The translations under genes were made by a program, and so were the position numbers. The notes beneath the pieces were generated by a model. That model saw only the letters and a list, made by a program, of their open reading frames with translations, had not been told where the DNA came from and did not search any database. Positions 11,780-24,429 of a stretch of DNA of 64,000 nt are shown piece after piece; the first letter of the stretch is position 1, and each line of letters starts with the position of its first letter. This DNA is from Carcharhinus amblyrhynchos (lineage: Eukaryota): NCBI GenBank assembly GCA_965287045.1, contig OZ336879.1, positions 35,588,001 to 35,652,000 on the forward strand. Reading direction: 5' to 3'.

Positions 11780-12295
11780 AATTAGTAGGACATAGGCAGA
11801 GGTATGAAATGGACACAAGGCAGATGAAATCCAACACAGAGATGTATGAAATAATTCATTTTGTTAAGACCAACAAGGAGAGCAAGATAAACTAAATGGT
11901 TCAGTTTTAAAGGAGACTTGTGTTATTCCAGTAAGTCTGAGCTGTATTTGGGTTTAATGTCTTCTCTGCTGGAACAGAGGCCTGGGGGTGCATATAATCC
12001 AAATATATTTGCCTTTGCAGGTGGTTGAGAAGGCTTTTAATCAGCTGAACAGCACCCTTCTCTGTATAAATAGAGGCAAAGAGTAAAAAAACTAAATCAA
12101 TTATGTTTAAACTTTTATAAGGATCCCAGTTAGGTCCCAGTTGGAGAATTGTAGCATATTCTGGGCACCACACATTAGGCAGGATGTCAAGGCCTCAAAG
12201 GGTATAGATGAGATTTACTCGAATAATAAGTGATTAAAGGTTCCAGTTACTTGGAAAGCCTGGAGAAACTATGGCTATTCCTAAAGGAGATTAAA
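11780..12295 (+). mobile_element. Old CR1 ORF2 C-terminal fragment
   Basis: Decayed W.M.FN.EKC...HF motif (cagatgaaatccaacacagagatgtatgaaataattcatttt) and gttaggtcccagttggag...ttctgggcaccacac. Confidence 0.7.
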
Positions 12296-12309
12296 GTGAG
12301 ATAAAAAAA

Positions 12310-12402
12310 ATCAAAATGTTGGAAATATACAACAGCTCTGGCAGCATCTACAGAGACAGCAACAATGTTAACATTTCAGCTTGAAGGCCTTTTATCAATT
12401 CT
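12310..12402 (-). mobile_element. Penelope-associated short element with decayed minimal hammerhead motif
   Basis: Minus strand reads ttgataa-aaggccttcaagct-gaaatgttaac, matching a CUGAUGA-stem II-GAAACGUUA layout; adjacent flank tgttggaaatatacaacagctctggcagcatct. Confidence 0.5.
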
Positions 12403-12566
12403 GTTTCCCAGGTCATAAATGTTGCCAAATTTATTCACTGTTATGAGAATTTTTTTTTAAGACGTTCGGCAGCATTTTGCTTTAGTATTCAAGATAAGAT
12501 TGGATTCAGTGGTGATGATTGAGATCGTGAAGAGATTTATAATATCATTTTCCCGAAATTCCACTG

Positions 12567-12692
12567 GTGGGATTTTCCAGCTACGCTTGCCCCAAGGCCG
12601 GAAATTCTCGAGTGAGGTCAACGGATCTTTGCATAGTCCACTCCCCGGCCCACTACAATTCCTGGGTGGGCGGGACAGGAAAATTCCACCCC
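12567..12692. mobile_element. Short MITE (~125 bp)
   Basis: TIRs GGTGGGATTTTCC and GGAAAATTCCACC. Confidence 0.75.
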
Positions 12693-13942
12693 ATGTTTCA
12701 GTCCTTCCTATGAGGTTTCCACCCTTGCCACAGTACCAAAATAGCTCGTTCAAAAGTAACAGATGACATTCTGGCCTGTAATTTCCTGCCTGCCCAATGT
12801 CAGATTTGGGAAGTACCCTAAAGACATGCTGGCGAATATCTCTTAGATCGAATATAAGAAGAGTTAGTTTCCCCTGGACAATTGTGCTGGGTAGGGAACA
12901 AAAGGAATAAAGTCTCTAACTTTGGATGGTTCTGCCAGTTTCACACATATACCAAAACATTGCTCCCCTTCATGCTGACGGATCTTACAGCCTCACCAAT
13001 GATGCACCACATTGTGCGCTTCCGGGCAGCAAATGGCGCATTCAATGGTCAACCCCATTAACAATGGCAGGATCATAAGATCTCATTGTCAATGAGCATG
13101 TGCCACTACTGCTAAACACACCGCAGACTGGGAGTTAAAATCCTGTCCATAGTTAGTCTGAAAAAGCTAGAAAAGAAAAGCACTTCTAACTTCAGAGAAC
13201 TATTTTAAAGTCCCAAATGGAGGACACTCCTGGCCCCGCAGGGAAACCTCCCCCACCTTATTCCACACCCCTGAATCATATGGGATTCTGATGTGACTGG
13301 GGGGGTGTGCAATAAGGTGGGGGAGCTTTCCCTGCCCCACCCATCCCCAACTCACCAAACCCTGAACCCTCGTCCCCAACCTACCAAACCCTAAATCCCT
13401 CGACCTAACCGGGCCCAATCCCACACTGACCTGACTCACCCACCCAATCCAAACTGACTCCATGTTCCAATTCACATCTACCCCTTGCACCGCCTCTGCA
13501 ACCCCCCCTCTATGTTTGACTCCTCCTTTTGATGTCCGACTCCATTCTCCAATGTCCAAGACCCCCCTCAACAATGACTAAATTTCCAGCCCTCCCCCCT
13601 CCACCGATGTCCAAACCCTCACACCCCAAATATCAAACTCACTCTCCTCATACCACCAATGTTTGGACCCTCCCACACTTCCCCCAATTTCCCCTCTATG
13701 TATGAAAACCTCTGCCGATATCCCACATCCCAATCATTTACCGTAGAAACTTACCTTCTCCCTTACAATGGAACCTTTAAACTCACCAGTATTATTGCTG
13801 CTAGTGCTGTAAAAAGGGGGCACGCCTGCCTTTGCTCCTTTTGCACTTCACCGCCAGAGACATACTTTGCTTCTTCAGTCTCACCTGGCCTGAGACAGGC
13901 ATTTTGGAATTTAAGTACAGTTAACTAAGTACAGAGTAGCAA

Positions 13943-14291
13943 TCATAGAATCATAGAAACCCTACAGTACAGAAAGAGGCCATTCGGTCTATCGAGTCTG
14001 TACCGACCACAATCCCACCCAGGCCCTACCCCCATATCCCTACATATATTTTACCCACTAATCCTTCTAACCCATCATCTCAGAACACTAAGGTGTAATT
14101 TTAGCATGGCCAATCAACCTAACCTTCAGATCTTTGGACTGTGGGAGAAAAGCAGAGTATCCGGAGGAAACCCACGCAGATATGAGGAGAATGTGCAAAG
14201 TCCACACAGGCAGTGACCCAAGCCGGGAATCAAACCCAGGTCCCCGGAGCTGTGAAGCAGCAGTGCTAACCATTGTGCTACCATACTGCCC
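13943..14291 (-). mobile_element. HE1-type SINE, full length
   Basis: (aatcatag)2 tail, V-domain and tRNA head (ggtagcacaatggttagcactgctgc on the minus strand). Confidence 0.92.
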
Positions 14292-14850
14292 AATCCAGTG
14301 CTAATTGCCTGTCTGAGGAAATTATGACCTTCTGTCACAAAACTAAACTTTCCCTCCTTGTTCTTCTTACCCTGTCTGCACATTAACCAAGGCCTCTCCA
14401 TTATCATCCCATTGGGGTGGACTACTCTCATTTGATTTCATTCTTATCTATGTAGCCGTGCTGGAGGACTGTTTGAGAAGTGGTTTCTCTTCCTTCTACC
14501 GCACCATTACCTCTGGTGTCACCCAAGGATTTATCCTCAGCCCCTTTCTATTTCATCTACATCCTACATATCCATCACATTTTTGCATGGCAGAGGCAGC
14601 CCTCCATTGACTGGTGGGCTGCTGTCAATAGGTTTTCTTGTTATTTACATCCAGTGCTGCTGGGGAACATTTGGTGGGGTGTTGCCTTCGGTGGGACCAG
14701 AAGATCCCATCAGCAGGAGCAGCCCAAAAATTTCAGCCAATGTGTTTTGTCCACACTCCAAACTTCATTCCCTGATTGTACTGACAATGCCTTCTCCCTG
14801 ACCACAGTCTGAGATTAAACCAGTATGTTCACAGCCTTGCTGCCTTGATC

Positions 14851-14988
14851 TGTTGGCATCTCCACATTGATGAAAGAGCAGCGCTCCAAAAGCTCATTAT
14901 ACCAAATAAACCTGTTGGACTTTAACCTGGTGTTGTGAGACTTCTTACTGTGCTAACCCCAGTCCAATGCCAGCATCTCCACATCATG
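14851..14988 (+). mobile_element. Penelope-like terminal fragment with hammerhead relic, 9-bp TSD
   Basis: ttgatga-aagagcagcgctcc-aaaagctc, then aataaacctgttggactttaacctggtgttgtgagac; gccttgatc occurs on both flanks (14842-14850 and 14989-14997). Confidence 0.75.
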
Positions 14989-15186
14989 GCCTTGATCCTG
15001 AGATAAGTTTCTGGCTTCATATATATGTCGTCATAAAGACCGCATATTTCCATTTCCATATCATTGCTTGAATTTTTCTGAGTCTCAGCTTCTCTCTTGG
15101 TAAAACCCTCATTCATTCTTTTATTACCTCCTGACTTAGCTATTCCAATTAAATGCTGGCTGGATTCCACTTTCAACCATTTATAA

Positions 15187-15457
15187 CAGGAGGAACTTCT
15201 TCACTCAAAGGGTGGTGAATCTCTGGAATTCTCTGCCCGTTGAAGTGGTGGAGGCTGCCTCGCTAAATATTTTTAAGAAGCGGGTTGATGGGTTCTTGAT
15301 AAGAGAGGGGATTAAGGGTTATGGGGAGAGGGCGGGAAAGTGGAACTGAGCCACAACAGATCAGCCATGATCTTATTGAATGGCGGGGCAGGCTCGAAGG
15401 GCTAGATGGCCTACTCCTGCTCCTATTTCTTATGTTCTTATGTTCTTATGTTCTTAT
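15187..15457 (+). mobile_element. Young CR1 3' end
   Basis: aggaacttcttcactcaaagggtggtgaatctctggaatt (RNFFTQRVVNLWN), 3' UTR and (ATGTTCTT)n tail. Confidence 0.92.
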
Positions 15458-18354
15458 AACATGAGGTCATTCAAAATTCTGTTACCTATGCCTTAACTCA
15501 CAGCAAGTCCCAATCCTCTAACACCCGAGTGCTCACTGATCTACCTTGGCTCATGGTCAGACAATATTGATTTTAAATTTCAAACTGCTCCGTGGTCTTC
15601 CTGCTCTCTTTTTTTGTAATCTCTTCCAACTCTTCCAGCTATCTCTGCTCCTCTAATTCTGGTCTTGTGTGTATCCCCGATTTTAACTGCTTCACTACTT
15701 CCTTCAGTTTCTTAGACCACAAGCTCTCAAAGAATCTCTCCGCACCTCTCAGCCTCTTAACCTTACTTTCCTCCTTTCAGATTCTCCTTAAAATCGACCT
15801 CATTGAGTAAGCCTTTGTTGCCTGACAAAATGGGCTGCGGTTTTGCTGAGACAGGGTGACTTGGGGGCCTTTTAAGAATGGTGGGCAGGTCACATTTCTG
15901 GCATTACTGACCCCATTTTCAGAGCATCTGAATTTTAGGGGTGCGTTTAAAGAATGTGGGCTGAATTGGCTCCAAGTCCATACCAGGCATCACGGCATTG
16001 CCAGTCCCATTTCAGTCAGACCTTTTACCCAGCATTCCTGTGGCTGCCTTTAACTCTTCCTGAGATCTGTTGCCCCAACTCCAGCCTACATTTATATCCC
16101 AGTAATGAAGATCCTATCTTTGTGGGCAGTTCCCCCAGCAAGACTGGCAGGCCAAGCCTTGAATTTTTCTGATTTCCTCAACCCATTTCAGTGATAGAAG
16201 TCCAGCCCAACACCTGTTGATGTGGCTTGGGGCCTGAATGTTTGGCAATGATTCTGTGAAACACACTGGGACATTTCATTCCATTAAAAGCACCACATAT
16301 ATAAGTGGCTCCCTTTGACCTGTGGTCTGCTCTATCGTGACAAATGGATGAAAGCAGTAAAAAAAGAGTTTCCATTAATCAGCGGAGAGCTCAGCCAATT
16401 AATCAATTCTATGCATTTAAGTATTAATCCCCCCATTTTGTCATCCTTGTTAATGATGTTCACTCAATATCTTACCCTAACCAGCCAATCCATTAGAATA
16501 ACTGAATAATATCCTAGTTTGCGGTGTTATTCTTCACTAAATGATACCTTAAGCCCATTAATGACCCAATAACTGACTATTCATGCTGGAAATTTGCTCT
16601 TAGTATTTTGGCCGGCCAAAGGTCCAATGACTTCAGATGGGAATTTCTGATCCCATGCAGGCAGGATCGAACAACTATGTGTCTGGTTATTGAAAAATGT
16701 GACTCCAGTTCATCTCTGGAATATCATCCATTTACAGAGTAATGCACAATAATGCTAATCTAGATTACCAGGACACATACACAATATATTACAAACCATT
16801 CCATCTAATTGAGCTAAATTTATTACAACTACATTACAGCACAAATGGCTTTTCACCACATTTCACAGGGCAAAGTGTTTTTGCTGCAAGGTCATTGTTT
16901 TTGAAGCATCTTCTTTATGGTGAGAAGTGTGAGAGGCCATGATGATTAAATTAATGTGCTCTTTGGGAGTCAAGAAATCTATTTTACTCCTTTATAAAGA
17001 TTCCACAGCCTCAGACAAATTCAAGGGTATAAGTATCCCCACCTCAAGAGGGCCAACAACAGATTTTATACAAATCACAGTGAAGAAAAGTAAAGAGCAA
17101 GATATTACTTACAGGTCCATGTTTCCAAATTAATTCTTATTTATTCAGGTCTGCATTCAAAATGTAATCTATGGGGAGGAAGTGGCTGCAACACTCTTTC
17201 TGTGTGAAGCTATGCCATTTCCTGTCTGCTGGCCATCTGGAATTCAGGTGCTCACAACATAGAACATGTCATTTAAAATACTATTAGAATCACCATTCAG
17301 GGTTATAAAGTACAGCCTCATGAGGCAGGTAAATGTGTGCTGGAAGACAAAACGAGATATGGGCCTCAGTTGCCACACTGCCATACCTTTCAAGTAAAAT
17401 TCATCCTGTCTGTGGTGACTGATGGCTTTTTGGCTTCCGTAGATTGCACTTGCTATGGTGAGTCAGAAACCTCAGCTTCATTTTTCAAATTTTTAAGGGC
17501 GTGGACACGGATACTAAATCATTGTGCTTCAATGACACATTAATAAAAAAAAATCCTCACAAATCCTGATAACTGTTACAATTAACTTTAGTCTAAGCCT
17601 ACTGTACCTTCCAACAATTTCCCAACGATATCTAACAGTTTCCCACAGGGACAAAATGGTGCTAATATTTCAGTACAGTGTTCACCAATTTATTGTAACA
17701 CAAAATGTACAAAACAAAAATTGACTGCAACTTTGACTCATCAAAGTTGGTGTCACAAATACCCAGTGGAATAGGAGCAAGAATGGAATTAATGGGGTTG
17801 AAAATGTTGAAAGGGATTCTGAAACTTCTGAAACTTCAGAAACTTAAGGAATAAAAATGGAATAGTTTATAAGGCAAACAGAACTGGAATGCAACTCTGG
17901 CCCTTTTACATCATGCTAATGTCTTTTTGTCATTTCAGAGTGCCTCTGGAAAGGGGCAATAGGAGGAGCAAATGAATAATACACTATAGCCTAGAGTATC
18001 TTCTACATTTGCGCCCAGAGGCACCTGTTATTTCATTCAAACCAATCATGTGGCTTAATATATTGAGGAAATTTGGACTTAAGTGCATTACGCATTCAGG
18101 TAAAATGTGCCCTGGTCAGTTCAATATTTTATGGTCGTCCATTAAGCTTCCATCCAAATAAATCTCTTCCCATAAAACTGGTCATGCCATGAATCTGCTT
18201 GGTAATTTAGTGCAATATTTAGAATTTTTATGTTATCTCTACTGAGACAGCTCTCTTCTTTCGTTTTCTTTTAATGTCCCTTTACAATATGTCATTAAAA
18301 TTTGAAAAGCTTCCCAATTTCAGATGATTAAATATGCTGATGCACATGAATATT

Positions 18355-18585
18355 TTCTTTTATTCATTCATGGGATATGGGAATCGCTGGCTAAGCCAGC
18401 ATTTATTGCCCAGCCCGAATTGCCCCTGAGAAGTTGGTGGTGAGCTGCCCTTCTGAACTACATGTTAGTGCTATTAAAGAGGGAGTTCCAGGACTTTGAA
18501 CCAACAATAGTGAAGGAATGACCATATATTTTCAAGTCATGATAATGAGTGACTTGAAGGGGAGCTTCCAGATGATGATGTTCCC
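18355..18585 (-). mobile_element. LINE 3' end (CR1-clade); related copies at 34845-35010 (+), 45520-45630 (+) and 58594-58670 (-)
   Basis: Shared motif gcagctcaccaccaacttctcaggggcaatt...gggcaataaatgctggc...cccatatcccatgaatgaataaa. Confidence 0.65.
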
Positions 18586-19339
18586 TACTGATACAAAATA
18601 TTCATACTTAAAGAAGAAATATACTGCTATGGGTTGGGGTCTTTCCTTGTGCTTCAAATATTTTACTTTGATTTACACCCATTTTAAATTCAGGCAAATT
18701 TAAATAAGATTAGGATGCTACTTGGGCATGACTGACATCAGTAAAATCAGCATGATACTTGGTGCAAAATCAGGTCTAACTTCAGGGCTGGTTCCCTGAA
18801 GGAAACTTAAGGCCTACAGCTTAATAATTGCATTTTTAATTTATGCTTGCTTAACTAGAAATTATATAAAGGCACAGAATTTGCTGTCAAAATACTAACA
18901 AAGCTAACAGCTCCCATGACTCCCGTGCAAATGCCGTAGCTTCTCCAGGGTAGGGCCAATGCAAAATTTAACACAAAAATCCAAATCGTGCTGACAGAGA
19001 TGCACATCTCCACTGTTAGCTTCACAAAAAGGTCAATGCATTGTTTGCCTCATCATTGCAATTTCTTGAAGAGTGTAAAGTTGCAGGTTTTGCAGATATA
19101 AACTAAATTTACCGCACAAAGTTAAGATTTATTTATTTCAGTCTAAACAACATAACATTACCAATGCCTAACTTATAAAACATGTTTGAGGGCCATAACT
19201 TTTAGTCTGGGAATTGAGGCTTTTAAATATAAGATGAAGGAAAATATCTGGTTTGAGAAGCTGGCAAAGAGACCTAAAGTAATTACAAATCAAATGATTT
19301 GCCTGTGTTTATTTTGTAAGTGAAATCATAGAATATGAT

Positions 19340-19460
19340 TATTATTTTAAAATAATATAATAATATTAAAAACAATAATAATAATAATAATCTGACTTGA
19401 TTATTTTAAAATAATTATTTTATTATTATAATAATTATTATAATAATGCAATTATCATAA
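19340..19460. repeat. (AAT/TAT)n AT-rich simple repeat
   Basis: aataataataat and ttattattata runs. Confidence 0.8.
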
Positions 19461-19497
19461 AATCATATTGGAAATTAAACAATGAATTGCCTCCCTG

Positions 19498-19815
19498 ATC
19501 ATAGAAATCCTACAGTGCAGAAAGAGGCCATTTGGCCCATTGAGTCTGCACCGACCACAATTGCACCCAGGTCCTACCCCCATATCCCTACATATTTACC
19601 TGCTAATCTACCCATCCCAGGACTCTAAGGGGCATTTTTTTTAAGCATGGCCAATCAACCTAACCCACACATCTTTGAACTGTGGGAGGAAACCAGAGCA
19701 CCTCCACACAGACTCAAGGAGAATGTGTAAACTCCAAACAGACTGTGACCCAAGCCAGGAATCGAACCCAAGTCCCTGGAGCTGTGAAGCAGCAGTGCAA
19801 ACTACTGTGCCACCC
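19498..19815 (-). mobile_element. HE1-type SINE, full length
   Basis: Tail, V-domain and tRNA head all visible. Confidence 0.92.
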
Positions 19816-20446
19816 AATCTTCTTGGTGAAGATGAGATGTCCATAGCTGTCTCAATAAGGGGTTTAATTTATTCATATAGGTTCCTAGAACAAAGAGAAG
19901 GATTGCGAATGGGGTTTATTAGTTTAAAATCTATTTAGAACATCCCAAGATTTCCACATTGTCATGTGCATAGATGACAGGGAGTTTTTTTTTGCTTTTG
20001 ATTTCATCTGGTGATTTTTTTAGAAGCAGGCAGCTCAAGTCTGGGTCTGGAACAGTTTGGAGGAGGCAGAGAGTAAACCTGCCATGAGATCCAGGGACAG
20101 AAAACTATAAGGAACCAGAGGTGCTTCTGATTTGGATTTGTTACCAAGGATGCAGTGAGGTTCATGCTTGGGATTGAGACTCCTAGTTGTGATATGTTGA
20201 AGGAGAGTTGGAGGGTTCACCAAGATAGATTTCAATGGAAGGGTCTCAAGGCATGCCATACTTTAGACAACTGTGGAAACACTGAGGAGAATCAAAATGA
20301 ATTCCCAAGAGCTATGGCATAGCTTGGTTTGGTCCCAGGAGAAGCGAAGAAACTGTTGAGATCCTCTAAAGGTTATGGAAAATTAGGCATGACAATAGAA
20401 GTAGAACAAACTGTGTTCTTTTGTGATTTCCAGGTTTAAAATACAA

Positions 20447-21516
20447 GGGCTGAATTTTCACTCGAGTCAGCAATGCAGAATCAGGAAAATTCTGACTCTG
20501 CAAATCTAACTCTGCAAAAAGTGCCCCAAATATTCCAATTTTTGTTTGGGTTCAGGGAGCAGGTATTAACAGGAGTCAGGCCCGCTGCTTCCCAGATTAA
20601 GATTGAAGCAGCCATAGAATCTGCACAGGCGGGCTGTGTGAAAGAGCTGCCTCAGTACCCAGGGACTTCTAAGGAAAAGAATAAACTAAAAACAGCTCTC
20701 TGGCCCACATCCCTTATGTCCCACGCACACCCCACTCACAGCCCTATCCATGCCAAATCATATCACCTTATGCTCCACATCCACCTCCCATGGCCACTCA
20801 TACTCCCGATGCCAATCCATGCTCCTCTATTTAACCCTATGAATCTTTATAATCCCTATACCAAATTAATGCCAACCCATTCCCCATCCAACATCCTTTT
20901 TACTTACATCCTCAATGGCAACTCGCCACAAGAAGACTGCAGGAGCAAAGGAGGGAGGAAATAAAATAAAATTGAAAGTATCTATCGCTGACTTGATTAT
21001 TTTAAACATAGATCTCATTCATAAAAAACATTCATTACATGTAAATTCATTCAACTATTAATCCCTTATAAAAGCAAACATTGCAGTCAAATGCTTAATC
21101 CAGTATAAATGCAAACAGGTGTACCCATAGCCCGATGCCAAAGATTTAATAACCTCTTGGAACTGTAAATCACATTGCAAACTAACAAGATGCCACTGTG
21201 GTAATGATAGGTTATAAAATTAGTCATGCAGTCTAAATCCTACAATGTCAGTCCTCAGGTGTGCAGAATAAAATAACAAGAATGCTTTTAACTGCAGACT
21301 TTTAATTTAAAGAGTAGGAGTTTTAAATTTCTTGGCAGCTTGACAGTCCCAATGGGATTTAAATGCCTTAACAGCTTGACTGCTCCAATGGGTATAATTT
21401 TCCAACATCTCCCGCCAGCAGGAACTTCCAGTCTCATCAAAGTCAATGGAGATTTGAATGGCTTTCTGCACCTGTCCTGGATTAACCCACCACAGCAGCA
21501 CTAGAAATCCTGACCA
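20447..21516. mobile_element. Decayed non-autonomous DNA transposon (Harbinger-like termini)
   Basis: gggctgaattttcac start and gaaatcctgacc end; same architecture (C-rich ccatgcc tract, then an AT-rich block) as 54686-56085. Confidence 0.45.
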
Positions 21517-21789
21517 ATATGTTTATCCAGGTCTTATGAACATTCAAGTTCTCCTCTGCACTATCTATACTCCATTAAGGCCTTTGCTCTTCAGCTGTCT
21601 CTGTATCTGATAAAGCCTCTCTTTTCTTTCTTATCCAGTCCTGAATATTGCTCAATATTTTCTGTGTTTGTTGTTCCTACATTACATCCTAAAGGGTACA
21701 GTTGAGCCTCTATTCTCCCTTTTTTTAGAACTACACCGCTCCCACCCCCCACCCTGACCACCCCTCTACTGCTCAGCTGTGAATTTTCT

Positions 21790-23545
21790 CACAAAAACTG
21801 TTCCTAACCTACTTTGGCCAGATGCTGCTTTAGTTTAATAAAATCTATCTACCCCCAATCCAAGATCTTTTTTTGTGGACCATCTTTTTCCCTTTCTATA
21901 ACAAACTTAAATTGTACTGTGTTGCGGTTACCATCATTAAAATGCTTCCCCACTGCTACACCGAACACCTGTCTGGCTTTGCTCCCCAGAATTAGATCTT
22001 GCACTGTGCCGTCCCTTGTTGGATCTTCTATATATTGACATAAAAAGCTCTCTTGAATACTTTTTAAAAAACCCGCCCCCGTCTGAACATTTTACACTAT
22101 GCCTATCTCAATTAATGTCAGAGAAGTTGAAATCCCTTGATATAATTATCCTATTATTATAATTCTTTTATGGCATACCTCTGTGAATTGTCTACATATC
22201 TGCAGTCTACTGCTCGCTGACTGTTTGGGGCTTATAATACAATGCAATTTTATTATTTTATTATTTTCATTTATTATTTTAATCCCTTTTTATTCCTAAA
22301 CTCTACCCATAAAGCCTCATTTAAAGATCCTTCCAAGATATCATCCCTCCTTACTGCTTTAACTGACTCCTTGATTCACAATGTAACACCACCTCCTCTT
22401 TTACATCTCCTCTGTCTGACCTGAAGATCCTGTGCCTTGGAATGTTGAATTACCAGTCCTGCCCTTCTGCAATGGCAATTATATCACAATTCCATGTGTC
22501 ATTCTAAGCCCTTAACTCATCCGTTTTACCTACAATGCTCTAAGCATTAAGGTGAAGACCATCCAACTTCACTTTATTCCCTTGGAACTCAAAATGGTTG
22601 AGCTTCTTTTGACTTGGTTCCTTCAAGCTATGCCCTCTTGTGCTAATGATCTATGTCTCTTCTCCTGCCAAACTAGTTTAAACTCCTCCCAACACCAGTA
22701 AACCCACCCACACATTTGGTCCCATTCCGGTTCTCATGCTGCCCATACTATTTGTACTCATTCCACCTTCTCCAGAAATGGTCAAAGTGATCTTGGAATC
22801 TAAAATCCTCCTTCCTGCACCAACACTTGAGCCACACATTTATCTGCACTATTCTCCTGTTTATGTACTCGCTTGCATGTGGCACTGGGAATAATCCCAA
22901 AATTATAACCTTTGAGGTCCTATTTTTAATCTGCTGCATCACTCCCTGAATTCTTGATGCAAGACCTCATCCTCATATCATTGGTATCAAATGTAACATG
23001 AACTCTGACTTATCACCCTCCACCTTTAGGATACCCTGTAGTCATTCAGTGACATCCCTGACCATGGCCCCAGGAAGGCAACACACCATCCTGCAGTCAC
23101 ATTTGTGGTTGTCAATTCCCCTAACCAACTAAACCCCCATCGCTGTCACACTTCATTCCTTCTTCCTCCCCTCTTGTACAGTCAGACTGCTGGTGATGCC
23201 AGATGTCTGGATCTGACTGCAATCCCTTAAGGAAACAGCTTTCAAAATGGAAAACCAATTTGAGTGCAGGACCCCAGGGCACTCTTGCACTATCTGCCTG
23301 TTTCTTTTGGACTCCCTGGTGATCACCCTTCTTTTCTCCAGTCCCTTGAGCTGTAGTGTGACCATCTCTCTAATTGTGCTACCCACATAACTCTCAGCTT
23401 TGTGGATGCACCACGGTGTATCCAGCTGCTGCTCAAACCCTGAAACCCAGAGCTCGAGTTTCTGCCACTGAGAGCTCTTCATGCACATGTGGTCATCTAG
23501 GATGCTGGTATGGCCTATGACTTTTCGACTTCACCTGCCATATCT
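21790..23545 (-). mobile_element. CR1 LINE 5' portion: ORF1 (zinc-finger/coiled coil and SGNH esterase) plus ORF2 APE start, decayed
   Basis: CMKSSQWQKLELWVSGFEQQL..; KNRTSKVIILGLFPVPHASEYINRRIVQINVWLKCWCRKEDFRF; GDFN-like motif (gggatttcaacttc on the minus strand) near 22130. Confidence 0.85.
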
Positions 23546-24429
23546 TAAATTTAATTGTACTTTGTCTTACTTGCCAACTTTTCAAATTATTTAGTCTTGA
23601 AAAATACTCCTCTTCAACTTAACTTAATCTCCTAGTCTAATTCTACTTTGGACTACTTGTCCTTGTATTAGTTATTATAAATACTTATCACTTGATTATA
23701 CTGATTCTGACTTTTATTTATCCCTGGTGCTTCTCCATTAGTCTTTCAATATGACACTTCTCTAATTTACTGCTATTTAGTCTCAGTCCCTAATGGCCAT
23801 TCCTTATCAGCCCTATAAGTCTGTATCACCTGACCTTACTCACCCAATCAACTGCTTCCTCTTGTTGATTCCTGATGCCATCACAGGAGTTCTGCCTCTG
23901 GACTCAGTGAGGGATCCTGTGCTAATCTTTTTAAAGTTTCCATGTCGATCCAATCTGCTGCTCCCCACCAGGTTTGCTCTCTCTTCAGCCGCTGGTGCAC
24001 TGTGCATTGGCTCTGAAAATTTCCTGTTGTAACAATGGTGTTTCATACATCCAGATTTCAATTGTTGTTGGAGATCCACTTAGTAAAGCTAAAATTTCAT
24101 TCTTTTTACTTTCTCTTTCTATAAACTCAAGCTTTCTTACTCTCTCATTACTAATTTTTCTATGCCTGATCTGACAATGAATACACAAGTAAACAAGACA
24201 TGCTGTTCAGTTCTTGCATTTTGAGCAATTTGCTTAGCAAAATATCATCAAAATTAAATAGACTGGGAAAAGTCAAATTAACGCAGTGGTCTCCATTTAT
24301 TGGTCTGCCATAAATATTTTACAAAAATGCATATCTTTATAGCTGCTGCAAAAATAATTAATGCGTACATAATACACATATGTGGTGTCTTTAATTTAAA
24401 ATAAATGTTCTATGCACAGGAGGCAAAAT

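Larger units (their letters stand above)
14300..15820 (+). mobile_element. Old L2 LINE remnant with younger insertions (MITE, Penelope-type end, CR1 3' end)
   Basis: tctggtgtcacccaaggatttatcctcagcccctttctatttcatctac resembles GVPQGSILGPLLF.IY; L2-like 3' region ...ctccttaaaatcgacctcattgagtaagcctttg. Confidence 0.7.

Noticed and set aside
13943-14291. tRNA-like A/B boxes as tRNA genes (also in other SINE heads)
   Set aside because: They are fused to the V-domain and a LINE tail, so they are SINE heads rather than tRNA genes.
19980-20440. Possible solo LTR
   Set aside because: The composition is suggestive, but I could not identify TG...CA ends or a TSD.
20473-20964. 163-aa ORF
   Set aside because: It runs through a decayed DNA-transposon end and a C-rich tract; no recognisable protein.
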